Source: Ignavibacteriota bacterium (GTDB taxonomy: Bacteria; Bacteroidota; Ignavibacteria; UBA10030; UBA6906). Taken from it: a stretch of DNA of 64,000 bases. This document shows positions 50,601-60,004 of the stretch, one piece after another. Position 1 is the stretch's first letter, and each line of letters opens with the position of its first letter. Location of the stretch: assembly GCA_963801355.1 (NCBI GenBank), contig CAWDEM010000008.1, forward strand, positions 576,001 to 640,000, written 5' to 3'. The translations under genes were made by a program, and so were the position numbers. The notes under the pieces were generated by a model that did not search any database, was not told the DNA's origin, and worked only from the letters and a program-made list of their open reading frames with translations.

Positions 50601-51689
50601 GTAGGTTTTGAACGGCGGTTTCGTTCGGTTGAGCTTTTTGAGTTCAGTATCTGTTCCGACCCATAGTGTTCCGGATCGCTCCCGATAGACAGAGAGTATT
50701 CCCTCATCAAGCAGGCTGCTGAATTTCTTAGATCTCGTGTCAAACGATAGAAGCCCCTTGGGGGATCCGATCCAAAGAATACCGGATACAACATCCTGGC
50801 AAACTGAGGTGAGCAGATTCTCTGGATGCTGCAAATTCAAGGGATCTCCTGATTGATAGCGGTAGACTTTGGACGTACCTTTCCTAGTGTTGCACTCAAC
50901 CAATCCCCCGTTCGTCCCCAGCCAGAGTATGCCGGCGTCATCACCACAGATTGTGTTGACAAAGCATTCTGAAGTGTTGACGAAGTGTACTTCAGGGCTT
51001 GTCGGCATCGAAGTGTGCCTGGTGCCCGGTTCACTCCAGTAGCGTCTGAACTTACCAGTCTCGAAATCATATTTCGTCAATCCTGTCGCAGTGCCGATCC
51101 AGAGCGATCCCTCCTTGTCTTCATACATTGCCTCGATCGGAACACTGCCAAGATCAGTGCTATCAAGTCCCAGGTACGTGTATTCTTCTCTCACCCTGTC
51201 AAACCTGCGAAGGCCAGCGGCTGTGCCAATCCATAGGGCGCCGTCTTTGCCCTCACAGATGTGGTAGACGCGGTTGCATACGTCAACTACTGCATAGGCG
51301 GATGGATTCGGAGGGTAGTGTTTGAATGTGACGGATGCCCGGTCGAATCTCTCAAGTCCCATCGTGATACCAACCCAAAGAACGCCGGATTCATCTTCAA
51401 AGAGCGTGAGCACTGTGTTGCAATTGATGCTGGATGTATCGGCAAGGTCATTCTTGTACGAAATGAAACCGTACCCATCGTACCTGTAGAGCCCATCCGC
51501 AGTGCCTATCCATAGGAAGCCCGTTCTGTCCTGAAGAATACATGAAGCTTGCGCGAGGACACTTTGATCAGGCGAGAGAGTTACGAAAGCAGCCTTCTGT
51601 GGCTGAGAGCGAAGAGAAGCCGGGAGACCAACAACAAATACCAAGAGGAATAGGAAGAGTCTTTTCACTGCAGAAACGGGACCAGGCAT
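47670..51689 (-). CDS. Hybrid two-component system (propeller sensor-Y_Y_Y-HisKA-HATPase-REC-AraC)
   Basis: LWIGT..GL repeats, NISHEFRTPL, SNAVKFT, GTGIGLAL, DVMMP, IAFQVGFGDPSYFS. Confidence 0.95.
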   Translation of the reverse strand: MPGPVSAVKRLFLFLLVFVVGLPASLRSQPQKAAFVTLSPDQSVLAQASCILQDRTGFLWIGTADGLYRYDGYGFISYKNDLADTSSINCNTVLTLFEDESGVLWVGITMGLERFDRASVTFKHYPPNPSAYAVVDVCNRVYHICEGKDGALWIGTAAGLRRFDRVREEYTYLGLDSTDLGSVPIEAMYEDKEGSLWIGTATGLTKYDFETGKFRRYWSEPGTRHTSMPTSPEVHFVNTSECFVNTICGDDAGILWLGTNGGLVECNTRKGTSKVYRYQSGDPLNLQHPENLLTSVCQDVVSGILWIGSPKGLLSFDTRSKKFSSLLDEGILSVYRERSGTLWVGTDTELKKLNRTKPPFKTYPMGGVALNLVKGNEGKIWVYAFNERGWLQFDPRIGQFVPYSSGTDLLCFVCPEGDLAFRTIDGSFYIRDTLGNRTFSLGPSWKAFNHSLSCVQKTDRGYYAGTATGGLYLLDPTTQRVTEVANLRKEIMYMFEDSFGLLWVAPGWGGLFCYDHAKGTLSEHVTDKKHQSPGRNNSNTVYQMREDNKGRLWFASWAGLFRYERSTEDFSDITERCGLPSSSMRGIQEDNHGSLWLNTSKGMAKYDPETGRFRFYDVSYGLDLPSDKVNSSGCKTGDGEIFFAGANGLTRFHPDSIEDNLYVPPVVVTSFRKFDKPCPLSNEVRLAHDDNFISFEFAALSYLNGERNQYAYKMEGVDEDWVYSGTRRYASYPNLNPGDYVFKVKGSNNEGLWNETGTSVAIVISPPWWQTMWAYAMYASLFVGALLGAYRLRIRQIRLQQTAKMEHFQRERLAEVDRLKSRFFANISHEFRTPLTLILGPAEQGIEANGDPSTPEKFKLIRDNAKKLLTLVGQLLDFSRIESGMMKLQVSKSDIVQFVRRTVMSFESWAERKKISLEFHPGANTAVGFFDGDKLEKILNNLMSNAVKFTGEGGSVTVTLTPSLPLSPNGRGAWGLRVSDTGPGISPKHLPHIFERFYRADETHTTEGTGIGLALTKELVDLHHGTIAVESTPGKGSVFTVTLSTDRSAYKPEETAASPPEVEIRERVGFGVSAVASSPVPPIPPTDGKPIVLVVEDNADLRTYIREFLQSDYEVQEGGNGKEGYDRALEIVPDIVISDVMMPEMDGMELCRALKKDVRTSHVPVILLTARAGTDSKIEGLDIGADDYVTKPFDSKELLARVRNLIEQRRQLRAKFSAGVVLKPGEVVVSSLDDALLKRVMTAIEERMSDETLGAAEIAREVALSRRHLDRKLMGLTNLSTAELIKYLRLQRARELLEKNAATVAEIAFQVGFGDPSYFSSCFHERFGILPSEVHQIAL

Positions 51690-52168
51690 GAGTTCAGTCT
51701 CCTCTTTGCGCGCATCGGCGAACAGTCTGGCGGCTATTGGCCTCAGAGGTCTTGTTCCGGAGAATCCTGGGGAGTCAGATCTTGCGTTCGACGGGAGAGT
51801 GCGAATGCAATCAAAGTTCAGGTGCGCTTCCAGATCTGACGCGGGGACCCCGACCACCGCATTCGACCTATGTAAGCTCACTGCGAATATACAAACTGGA
51901 TCGTCGAAAGTCTGTAGGAAGAATGCTGATTCTTCGTGTAGGAAAACTCTTACGCACAGGAATTCTTGCGGCGCCTTCGGGCGGGAATTGCGTGAGGTTT
52001 CGAACCTCCGAACCACTGATTATTTTTGCTGCAATGCGGGCTGAAAACGCCGCGTGGATACATCTTTGGGGGTGGAAAGTGGCCGAACCAAACTGCAATC
52101 GCAAATCACAGATTACTACACTTTCACTACACTCGATCAAAAACCGGTTATCACCCCTCCCCCACAAC

Positions 52169-52204
52169 AAAAAAACCCCGAATGCGCTTCACATTCAGGG
52201 TTTT
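52169..52204 (-). terminator. Intrinsic terminator downstream of tRNA 3' copy
   Basis: AAAACCCCGAATG/CATTCAGGGTTTT stem with A7 on plus (U-tract on minus). Confidence 0.7.
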
Positions 52205-52205
52205 C

Positions 52206-52344
52206 GTGCACCCACCAGGACTCGAATCCCGTCCCGACCGAAGTTAGCTAGGCGAAGCCGCAGCTAACTTCGGTGTCGGGACGCGGATCCTCGTCCCGCG
52301 CTGCGCGCGGGGCGGGACCTGGAACCCACTGATTAAGAGTCAGT
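52206..52344 (-). repeat. tRNA-Lys 3' fragment (att remnant) interrupted by 91-bp insertion
   Basis: GTGCACCCACCAGGACTCGAA [52227-52317] CCTGGAACCCACTGATTAAGAGTCAGT. Confidence 0.92.
52227..52317. mobile_element. 91-bp palindromic (REP/MITE-like) insertion, copy 2
   Basis: Same sequence (1 mismatch) and same position as 38088-38178. Confidence 0.8.
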
Positions 52345-52586
52345 CCATAACGACTCAATACGCACAAAACAGGATCCTTTTCTTCAGTCGAGTTGCTATA
52401 AACTGCCATAGATTGTCACAGATTACCATAGTTTCACTACAATTTCACTACACTCCTTCGGGGCGTTCATCCCCGCTTTTGTAAGTATCCACGGAACGGC
52501 GGCTCGTTATGTCTCGGTCACACCGCGCTAGAAAGAGAGGGCGGACGGCCCTGTCTGCCCTTGCGCAAGCAGGACACCTCGCGAGT

Positions 52587-54671
52587 TTATTTCAAAAGCA
52601 AGAGTCGGCGCGTCTGCACAAAGTCTCCTGCCTGCATTTGGTAGAGGTATACGCCACTCGACAGCCCTGAACCGTCGAACCTTACTTCATAGTTCCCCGG
52701 TTCCTTCTTCTCTTTCACGAGCAGGGCCACCTCGCGGCCAAGCATATCATGGACAACGAGCCTTACCGGACTCGTCACTGGCAACTGGTAACTGATCGTC
52801 GTGACTGGATTGAAAGGATTTGGATAATTCTGTTCGAGAACAAATGCACCTGGTTGCGCTGCCGGCTGGCCGTCGACACTCACTGTTGGATCATATGTTA
52901 CACTACCCACCTTGCAGAGCAACCATCCCTTCGGATCCACAGCGATCGAGTCTACGATTCTTGAAGTTGCGATCCGAAATGTGTCGGTCAGACTACTCTG
53001 GAACACCCGGACAGTAGTATCTGCGCCTGCATATGTCAGCTTGAACTCCAGAGAGGTCTGAAAGAGCGGCGTTACCAACGGCATCGAGGGGGACTGCGTT
53101 GATACGATCTTCACCCCTCCTGATTCTCTGGTCCAACGGAGGGTGAAGGTGGGATATCCTTCCCCATAATACCACTGGGAGAAGAACGCAGTGAAATCTC
53201 TTCCTGTTTGCCGTTGAAGAAAATCTTTGAATATCTCTCCGGTGACGGCGCGACCAGCAAACTCCGCGAGGTACTCTTTCAAGAGCCGGAAGAATAGTGA
53301 ATCGCTCCCCAGTTCAAACCGGAGCATGTGGAGAATTGTGGCTCCCTTATAATACGTCAGACGATTATCCAAAACCCGCGCTTCGTTGTACCTGTCAGCG
53401 GGGGGAATGTAGACGCTTCCACCCGGAAGCGACATCACCAACGCTCTGCTCAACGTCATATTGCGTCGGCCTACCGACTCAGGAAGAAAATGCTCCATCG
53501 CAATCTGCTCTGCATAGGTCGCGAACCCTTCCGCGAGCCATAGATCGCATTCTGTCAATGGACCAACTGTTGAGCCGAACCATGAATGACTCAACTCATG
53601 GGGAACGAAGTATGCAAGATAGCGTCCCCCGTAGTCCACCACTGCGGTGTCGAGCCGGAGTTCAGAAAAGAGTGAGAGCCCAAGGACGTACATTGCGCCG
53701 CCGGTCCAATCGGTGGTCACGAAATGGTGCTCATTTCGCCAGAAGGGGATGACGCCAAAGTGAGAAGTGAAATATGCAAGATATTCCTTCGATTTCTCCA
53801 TGACGGCGATCTGCTTGCTCAAGTACGGGCTTGCCGGGAAAAAGAAGCCACGGATGACCATCGAATCGCTGACGGCGGGTTGATAGAAACTGGTTCTGTA
53901 TTCCGCGTACGGTCCCACCACAAACGTGATGTCAGTCGGAGGGAGGGGCCACCGGCTGGAGAATTCCCATCGGGTTTTTCCGGCATCCGCAGGCAAGGTC
54001 CGGATCAACGCTCCTGTCGCCACGACCTTGTTCGCCGGATCGGTCGTGATGGCGATATCCACAGAATCTGCCCAATCTTCAAGCATATCCTTGCAGGGGA
54101 ACAAGTAGGATGCGTAAATTGGCCATATATAGGAGTATATGAATGTCATGCCGTACTTATATCCACGAACCAATCCTACCCCTGCGTTGGCATCGTCACC
54201 ATGATAAAAGACCCGTGAAGCAAATGAGCTGCCACCCGGAATCGGAGGATTCAATGGGATCTGAATGAGGTTGTTTTGATGGACGAAAGATCGCCAGGTT
54301 CCATCGACAATGACTGAATCAGTGATCATGGTTGCGCCGCCGGCCGTGTTGATCAGTGCGATGACGAGAGTGTCAATTGGTGTGCCACCCACCGAAGCTC
54401 TCATCGTTGTGTTCCCTCCGAACGCTGTAGCGGCGGTGGAGATGTTGAGATCCAACCCATAATATTTCACATCGTAGAGCAAGAGTTTATCGCGCATTGC
54501 AGAGGTGGTGGCATTGAGGGAAGCGGCCGAACTGGCAACAACACTTTTCGGTATCGCTCTCTCTTCATATATATTTCTTTGGCCAAAAGCACACGCCGAA
54601 TTGATCAGGAGCATTGCAGGAACAAATCCGAGAATGCTCAGCATACGTTGGCCCCGTTTCATAGACCACAC
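52587..54671 (-). CDS. M1 family aminopeptidase with T9SS C-terminal domain
   Basis: HELSH...WLAEGFATY (HEXXH-X18-E), YYKGA..LHMLR; QNYPNPFNP. Confidence 0.9.
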   Translation of the reverse strand: MWSMKRGQRMLSILGFVPAMLLINSACAFGQRNIYEERAIPKSVVASSAASLNATTSAMRDKLLLYDVKYYGLDLNISTAATAFGGNTTMRASVGGTPIDTLVIALINTAGGATMITDSVIVDGTWRSFVHQNNLIQIPLNPPIPGGSSFASRVFYHGDDANAGVGLVRGYKYGMTFIYSYIWPIYASYLFPCKDMLEDWADSVDIAITTDPANKVVATGALIRTLPADAGKTRWEFSSRWPLPPTDITFVVGPYAEYRTSFYQPAVSDSMVIRGFFFPASPYLSKQIAVMEKSKEYLAYFTSHFGVIPFWRNEHHFVTTDWTGGAMYVLGLSLFSELRLDTAVVDYGGRYLAYFVPHELSHSWFGSTVGPLTECDLWLAEGFATYAEQIAMEHFLPESVGRRNMTLSRALVMSLPGGSVYIPPADRYNEARVLDNRLTYYKGATILHMLRFELGSDSLFFRLLKEYLAEFAGRAVTGEIFKDFLQRQTGRDFTAFFSQWYYGEGYPTFTLRWTRESGGVKIVSTQSPSMPLVTPLFQTSLEFKLTYAGADTTVRVFQSSLTDTFRIATSRIVDSIAVDPKGWLLCKVGSVTYDPTVSVDGQPAAQPGAFVLEQNYPNPFNPVTTISYQLPVTSPVRLVVHDMLGREVALLVKEKKEPGNYEVRFDGSGLSSGVYLYQMQAGDFVQTRRLLLLK

Positions 54672-54867
54672 TCCTTTCTGCGCGTTGTTACTGTAACAAT
54701 GGGAAGAATGCCACGGGGAGCCAACCTGGTGATTGGGCAGAGGTCAAGAACCTTGAATACTATCTGTAAGGGAGAAACGGTTTGCATTGGATCTCCTTTC
54801 GTGGTGGGGGGATTCACCTTCGGTCAGGGAATAAGATACCACTTATGGGAGGGGGGCAAATAGGATG

Positions 54868-54897
54868 TATGTTGCAGTGTTGGGCCACTACGTTGCA
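54868..54897 (-). promoter_or_regulatory. Candidate HTCS/AraC site: direct repeat at 21-bp spacing
   Basis: TATGTTGCA...TACGTTGCA, upstream of a TATCTT -10-like box. Confidence 0.5.
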
Positions 54898-54955
54898 TCC
54901 ATTCAAAAAAACCCTCTGTGGGGCGATAAATGCAGATTTTCAGCTTGCGGGCAGG

Positions 54956-57900
54956 CTAGGCCGAGTTCTTGGATCCTCCGGTGGCCTCGGAGCCTTTGAG
55001 GAACTCGCTTGGTGTGACGCCAAATTGCCGATGGAAACTCCTCGAGAAATGTGATGGGTCGGCGAAGCCTACCCCATAAGCGATCTCCGAAATAGTCCCG
55101 GTCCCATTCTTGAGCAAATCCACTGCTCGATGGAGCCGTAAGTACCGGATGAAATCACTTGCCGCAAGGTTTGTGAGGGCGGTGAGCTTGCGGTGAAGCT
55201 GCGAACGACTCATGCAAAGCTCTGTGGCAAACTCCTCGACATTGAACTTCTCATCTGCCATTCGCCCTTCGGCTACTGCCTTTGCGCGCTGGAGAAATGC
55301 ATCATCCATTGAAGCGACAGCAATCTCCCCAGGCTTCAGCGGAACCGAAACTCTGAACCGTTCCCTTAGCTTTCGGCGAAGATCGATCAGGTTCTTCACC
55401 CTGGCAAGAAGCTCCTTTGGTTCGAATGGCTTGATGAGGTAGTCGTCAGCGCCAATCTCCAATCCTTCAATTTTGTTTTCACTGGCCGCTTTTGCGGTGA
55501 GCAGGATTATGGGAATGTGACTCGTTTTCTCGTCAAGCTTCAATGCTCTGCAGACTTCATATCCATCCTTTTTCGGCATCATCACGTCGCTGATGATGAT
55601 GTCCGGTATGATCTCCAGGGCCTTTTCAATGCCTTCCTCACCATCCCGTGCTTCTGCCACTTGATAAGCTGAAACAAGATAGTCCTTGATGTATGCACGC
55701 ACATCTGCATTGTCCTCGACGATGAGGACGATCGACTTCTCACCCTTGGCCTTTTCGAATCCTGGTTCTTCCGCTAGCTCTTGAAAAGGCTTGTCGGCAT
55801 CAAGAACGTACACTTTATGAAGCGGAGGCTCGTCGCTGGCAGGTGCTTCGATGATCTCATCGTCCTTCAGGTGGCTTCGCCCCAAGGGAAGTCGAACCGT
55901 GAACGACGTTCCTCGTCCGACTTCACTGTGCACCTGGATTGTCCCATGGTGTAAGTCAACCAGCTCCTTCACAAGCGCAAGTCCGATGCCGGAGCCTTCA
56001 TGCTCACGGGTTTGCGAAGCATCGACCTGGAAAAAGCGATCAAAGACCTTGTCGAGCTGATCTGGTGGTATGCCGATGCCCGTGTCGGAGACGGAGAGCT
56101 CAAACCATCCCCCCCCTCCCCCACTCACCCCCTCCCGAAGATTTGCAGTTGCGTCAACGGGTGAGGAGGAGAGTTGCACTTCGACCCTCCCTCCCTCCGG
56201 CGTGAACTTGAACGCGTTCGAAAGCAGGTTCGTCAGAATCTTCTCCACCATATCTCTGTCACAATAGACCTCAATCTCTTCCCGGTCGTTTACGACCTCA
56301 ACTGAAATACCTCGTAAACCCGCGGACGATTCGAATGAGTTCGCAATGCCTTTTACAAAAGGAACGATGTTCATTCGAGTAGCGTGTAATTCAATCGCCC
56401 CCGCCTCGAGCTTTGAAAGGTCGAGCAGCTGGTTGATGAGCCTGAGGAGGCGCTGACTGTTTCGCTGCATCATGCTCAGGCTCTGTCTTTTCTTCTCTTC
56501 CTTCTCCTCAGCCAGCATCCCATTGAGCGGACCGCTAATAAGTGTCAGAGGGGTGCGGAATTCGTGCGAGATATTGGCAAAGAACCGGGATTTAAGACGG
56601 TCGACCTCAGCGAGATGCTCCGCTTTGAAGTGATCCATCTCGGCCTGCTGCTTCAGTTGAACCCCTCTCAATCGAAGTCGGTACCCCACAAAGAGCAGTC
56701 CAATGAGGATGCCAGCGTACGCAGCATATGCCCATTTCGATTGCCACCAGGAGGGGGCAATACTAATAGCAAGTGAAATCTCCTGGTCAGGCCATTCATT
56801 GCGCATCGAGCCGGCTCTCACTTTGAAGAGGTAGTCACCCGGACGCAAGCCGGGGTATCGTACGAAGCGACGGTCCTCCGGCTTCACCCACCCCTTCTCT
56901 AATCCTTCAAGTTTGTACATGTACTGGACCAGGTGTGGAGCGTCAATATCGATTACAGCAAAGTCGAACTCGATCACATTCTGGTAATGATCCAATTGCA
57001 TGGAGCCAGTACCACCCGTAAGAGCCGGTGCGAAAGTTGGGTTGTCATTAACTGACAGTTTTGTGATGAGCAACGCTGGTGGAGGACGTCGTGGTTGAAT
57101 ACTCTCGGGGTCCACGATGTTTATGCCCGTTCCTGCGAGTAGCACCATCCCGTTGTCCAGGGTTTCCATTGCACGCACCGCGCCACAGACGCCGTCAGAC
57201 GGATCAAAGTCTGAGAATATCCCGGTCGTAGGATCGAGAATCTCAAGCCCGTGGGGAATGTTCCGCACCCACAGGCGACCCTTTCTGTCGGCACCTAGCG
57301 GGAAGACATGCTTCGTACCTTTCAGAGCAGGATTGGAGAATCGTGAGAATGATCTGGTCGCGGGATCCCAGAGGTTGATGACAGAAGTTGCGCAGATCCA
57401 GATTCGTCCCGACGCGTCCTCGTAGGTCAAGCGCGTACGGTCACCGCTCAACGAGCGTGGGTTAGAGGGATCGTGAACATACCGGTCCGTATTTCCGGTG
57501 ACCGGATCGATCACCAGAAGTCCGTCATGCTCCGTCGTGACCCACATCTTCCCGTCACGAGCCCTCATAATGGTGTTGGTCCTGGTAGTGCCGAGGCTCT
57601 GGAACTGCCCGGAGGCAGGAGAGAACTTCATCAAGCCGCATTCCCCGCCGGACACCCAGAGTGTATCCCCTGGGCCCTGTGCGATACTCATGACCTCGGG
57701 TCGATTGCCCAACTGACTTGCGTAGCGATAGTTTTTGACCAGTCCTGTAGCAAGGTTGACCCGATAGAGGCCCAGCCCATTGGTGCCATACCAGAAGTCG
57801 CCATGTGCGTCAATCAGCGAGATGGTGCGATCTGGCCACGTGAGGTCTGGACTTCTTCCCTTGAAGAGATCAATTGTTCTGAGAACCGTCAGATTCGCGA

Positions 57901-59140
57901 TGTCGATGCGAGAGAGCTTTCCCGCCCATGACATGAACCAGTAGTTCCCCTCCCGGTCGACATCGACAGTGGCATAGCCGGTCAACCATCCGTTCCCTTC
58001 CGGAACCTCATAGTGCGGAAACCGTCGGGACTTTGGACTCACAAAGAATATTCCGCCTGCGTTCGCCCCTGCCCAGAGCGTACCAGTGCTGTCAACGGAC
58101 AGAGCTATTGCCTGTCCTTGCGGGGTCTGACCCCACGCCAGGTAGGGATCGCAACGTCCCTCCTCGGGAGAAAACCGATCAAGTCCCTCCGGGGTCGCGA
58201 TCCAAAGAGTCGCTTGTCGATCGCGTACGATATCCGAGACCTGGTCAGATCTGATCGACCCACTGTCGTGTTTGTTGTGTCTGTAGTTCAGGGCGGCAGC
58301 ACCTCCCCTGGAAACTCGGAACAGTCCCTCCGCGAACGTCCCCAACCAGAGGGTCCCATCGGGATCCTGGTACATGCAAGCAATGGCCAGCGAATCAAGG
58401 CGACGTCCGGCGGCACCGGCAAAGTTTGGGCGTGAAACTGAGAGAGTTGCCGGATCCAACACGAACAATCCGCCGAGAGAAGAGACAAGAAGCTTCCCGT
58501 CCGCACGTTCGCAAATATCGCTCACTTCGATGTCTCTGGGGCCCAGAGGCACTGAAGTAAAGCGGATATAGCGGGCAATTGAATCAATGCCATATGGTTC
58601 GGCGCTACTTGGGATGTCAATCCGCACCACACCTGTCGACGTCCCCACCCACAGAGTGCCCCGCCGATCTTCCAGGATTGCATAGACCGACTTTGCCTGA
58701 AGCCAGGAAGAATCTCCCTGACGGGGAGTGAAGTTGACAAATCGTTCACGCGAGACATCCAAGACACTTATGCCCGTCTCCCAGGATCCCACCCAGAGAC
58801 GCTTCCTGCTGTCGAATCTAACCACGGATGTTACGTTTGAGGAAATCGAAGTCGGATCGTCCGGGACGTTTCGATAGACCTTGCAGCCATATCCGTCATA
58901 CTTCTCGAGTCCGTTCGCAGACGAGATCCAAAGCGTGCCATCCTGGTCCCGGATCAGACGGTGCATGCTGTTTTCATCGGGGAGACCCTGGATTCGCTGG
59001 AAGTGGAAGACGGGGAGGAGTCGCTCTTGGGCGGAAAGAGGAAAGCAGAAGGAAAGCATGAGAAACAGCCCCAGCAATCCAGTCCTGACCTGATGGATTC
59101 GCCCAAAAAGAGTGAGGAAACAGATGGTCAAGCTGCCCAC
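54956..59140 (-). CDS. Hybrid two-component system (propeller sensor-Y_Y_Y-HisKA-HATPase-REC-AraC)
   Basis: NISHEFRTPL, SNAFKFT, GSGIGLAL, DVMMP, IAYGVGFADPSHFS; AAGGAGG RBS. Confidence 0.95.
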   Translation of the reverse strand: MGSLTICFLTLFGRIHQVRTGLLGLFLMLSFCFPLSAQERLLPVFHFQRIQGLPDENSMHRLIRDQDGTLWISSANGLEKYDGYGCKVYRNVPDDPTSISSNVTSVVRFDSRKRLWVGSWETGISVLDVSRERFVNFTPRQGDSSWLQAKSVYAILEDRRGTLWVGTSTGVVRIDIPSSAEPYGIDSIARYIRFTSVPLGPRDIEVSDICERADGKLLVSSLGGLFVLDPATLSVSRPNFAGAAGRRLDSLAIACMYQDPDGTLWLGTFAEGLFRVSRGGAAALNYRHNKHDSGSIRSDQVSDIVRDRQATLWIATPEGLDRFSPEEGRCDPYLAWGQTPQGQAIALSVDSTGTLWAGANAGGIFFVSPKSRRFPHYEVPEGNGWLTGYATVDVDREGNYWFMSWAGKLSRIDIANLTVLRTIDLFKGRSPDLTWPDRTISLIDAHGDFWYGTNGLGLYRVNLATGLVKNYRYASQLGNRPEVMSIAQGPGDTLWVSGGECGLMKFSPASGQFQSLGTTRTNTIMRARDGKMWVTTEHDGLLVIDPVTGNTDRYVHDPSNPRSLSGDRTRLTYEDASGRIWICATSVINLWDPATRSFSRFSNPALKGTKHVFPLGADRKGRLWVRNIPHGLEILDPTTGIFSDFDPSDGVCGAVRAMETLDNGMVLLAGTGINIVDPESIQPRRPPPALLITKLSVNDNPTFAPALTGGTGSMQLDHYQNVIEFDFAVIDIDAPHLVQYMYKLEGLEKGWVKPEDRRFVRYPGLRPGDYLFKVRAGSMRNEWPDQEISLAISIAPSWWQSKWAYAAYAGILIGLLFVGYRLRLRGVQLKQQAEMDHFKAEHLAEVDRLKSRFFANISHEFRTPLTLISGPLNGMLAEEKEEKKRQSLSMMQRNSQRLLRLINQLLDLSKLEAGAIELHATRMNIVPFVKGIANSFESSAGLRGISVEVVNDREEIEVYCDRDMVEKILTNLLSNAFKFTPEGGRVEVQLSSSPVDATANLREGVSGGGGGWFELSVSDTGIGIPPDQLDKVFDRFFQVDASQTREHEGSGIGLALVKELVDLHHGTIQVHSEVGRGTSFTVRLPLGRSHLKDDEIIEAPASDEPPLHKVYVLDADKPFQELAEEPGFEKAKGEKSIVLIVEDNADVRAYIKDYLVSAYQVAEARDGEEGIEKALEIIPDIIISDVMMPKKDGYEVCRALKLDEKTSHIPIILLTAKAASENKIEGLEIGADDYLIKPFEPKELLARVKNLIDLRRKLRERFRVSVPLKPGEIAVASMDDAFLQRAKAVAEGRMADEKFNVEEFATELCMSRSQLHRKLTALTNLAASDFIRYLRLHRAVDLLKNGTGTISEIAYGVGFADPSHFSRSFHRQFGVTPSEFLKGSEATGGSKNSA

Positions 59141-59390
59141 GAGACCCCCCTCCTTTTGCTCAAGGGTGATGAAAGACTGGATGAGTGGAGATGCCCTTCG
59201 GGGAGAAAATCGAGAATGGTTCGGAGAGTGTCAAGATTCGGCCATGTGTCACTCGCCAGATTGTGTCAATCACCAGATCACAAACCTAACGGATCGGTGT
59301 TCGAACCAACGGACTATTCGAATGATTCTTGACCGAATCCTACAGGAGCGGAGTTTCGAATATGGATGGAGCGTTTGCGGTTCCATGGAA

Positions 59391-59729
59391 TCAAGCAGGT
59401 GAGGATAGGTCCCGGACGGCCTCATACAACGAAGACAGGTCCTTGCCAAGTATTGCCCACACCCTTATCACATTGATTCCAAAATACTCATGCACCAGCA
59501 CGTCACGCATCCCGGCAATGTTCCGCCAAGGGATGTACGGGTGCTTGGCACGCTCCTCTGGTGGAATGTGTTTCACTGCCTCGCCGATGATTTCAAGCCG
59601 ATGTATCACCGCGTCCTGCAACTGAGGATTTGACTGGAACTGATCGAGAGTATAACCAGCCGTGTATTGACGGATCTTGTCTATGCTCTGGAGGACGTCC
59701 TCGTAGTAGAGTTGTAGATCTCTCGTCAT
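59391..59729 (-). CDS. HEPN (DUF86, HepT-like) ribonuclease toxin
   Basis: LEIIGEAV, IPWRNIAGMRDVLVHEY. Confidence 0.9.
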   Translation of the reverse strand: MTRDLQLYYEDVLQSIDKIRQYTAGYTLDQFQSNPQLQDAVIHRLEIIGEAVKHIPPEERAKHPYIPWRNIAGMRDVLVHEYFGINVIRVWAILGKDLSSLYEAVRDLSSPA

Positions 59730-60004
59730 AGAATTGGGACCTGTTCTGCGAGGATCCGGTCCCGAAGCAGTGGCTTCACGCTATCGTATTCGACAAGGTC
59801 CACATTCCTTGAAAGAGCATCTTCCAAGTCAAGCTTCAGAGCCACATAATCAAGCAGAGACGTTTTCGGGTCAAGCTCAACCAGAACATCCACGTCGCTC
59901 TCGAAGGATGCTTCGCCACGGGCAAATGAACCAAACAACCCGGCACGGGAAACGCGATGCCGTGAAAGAACCGATCGAATGATTTCAAGGGTATGGGGAT
60001 TCAT
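59726..60004 (-). CDS. MNT minimal nucleotidyltransferase antitoxin
   Basis: [21 protein letters not shown]; ATGA overlap with HEPN. Confidence 0.9.
   Translation of the reverse strand: MNPHTLEIIRSVLSRHRVSRAGLFGSFARGEASFESDVDVLVELDPKTSLLDYVALKLDLEDALSRNVDLVEYDSVKPLLRDRILAEQVPIL

Larger units (their letters stand above)
43624..52344. mobile_element. Integrase-less island (TA + T9SS enzyme + hybrid two-component system)
   Basis: Between tRNA-Lys repeats; CACTACACTTTCACTACACTCG motif near both ends. Confidence 0.8.
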
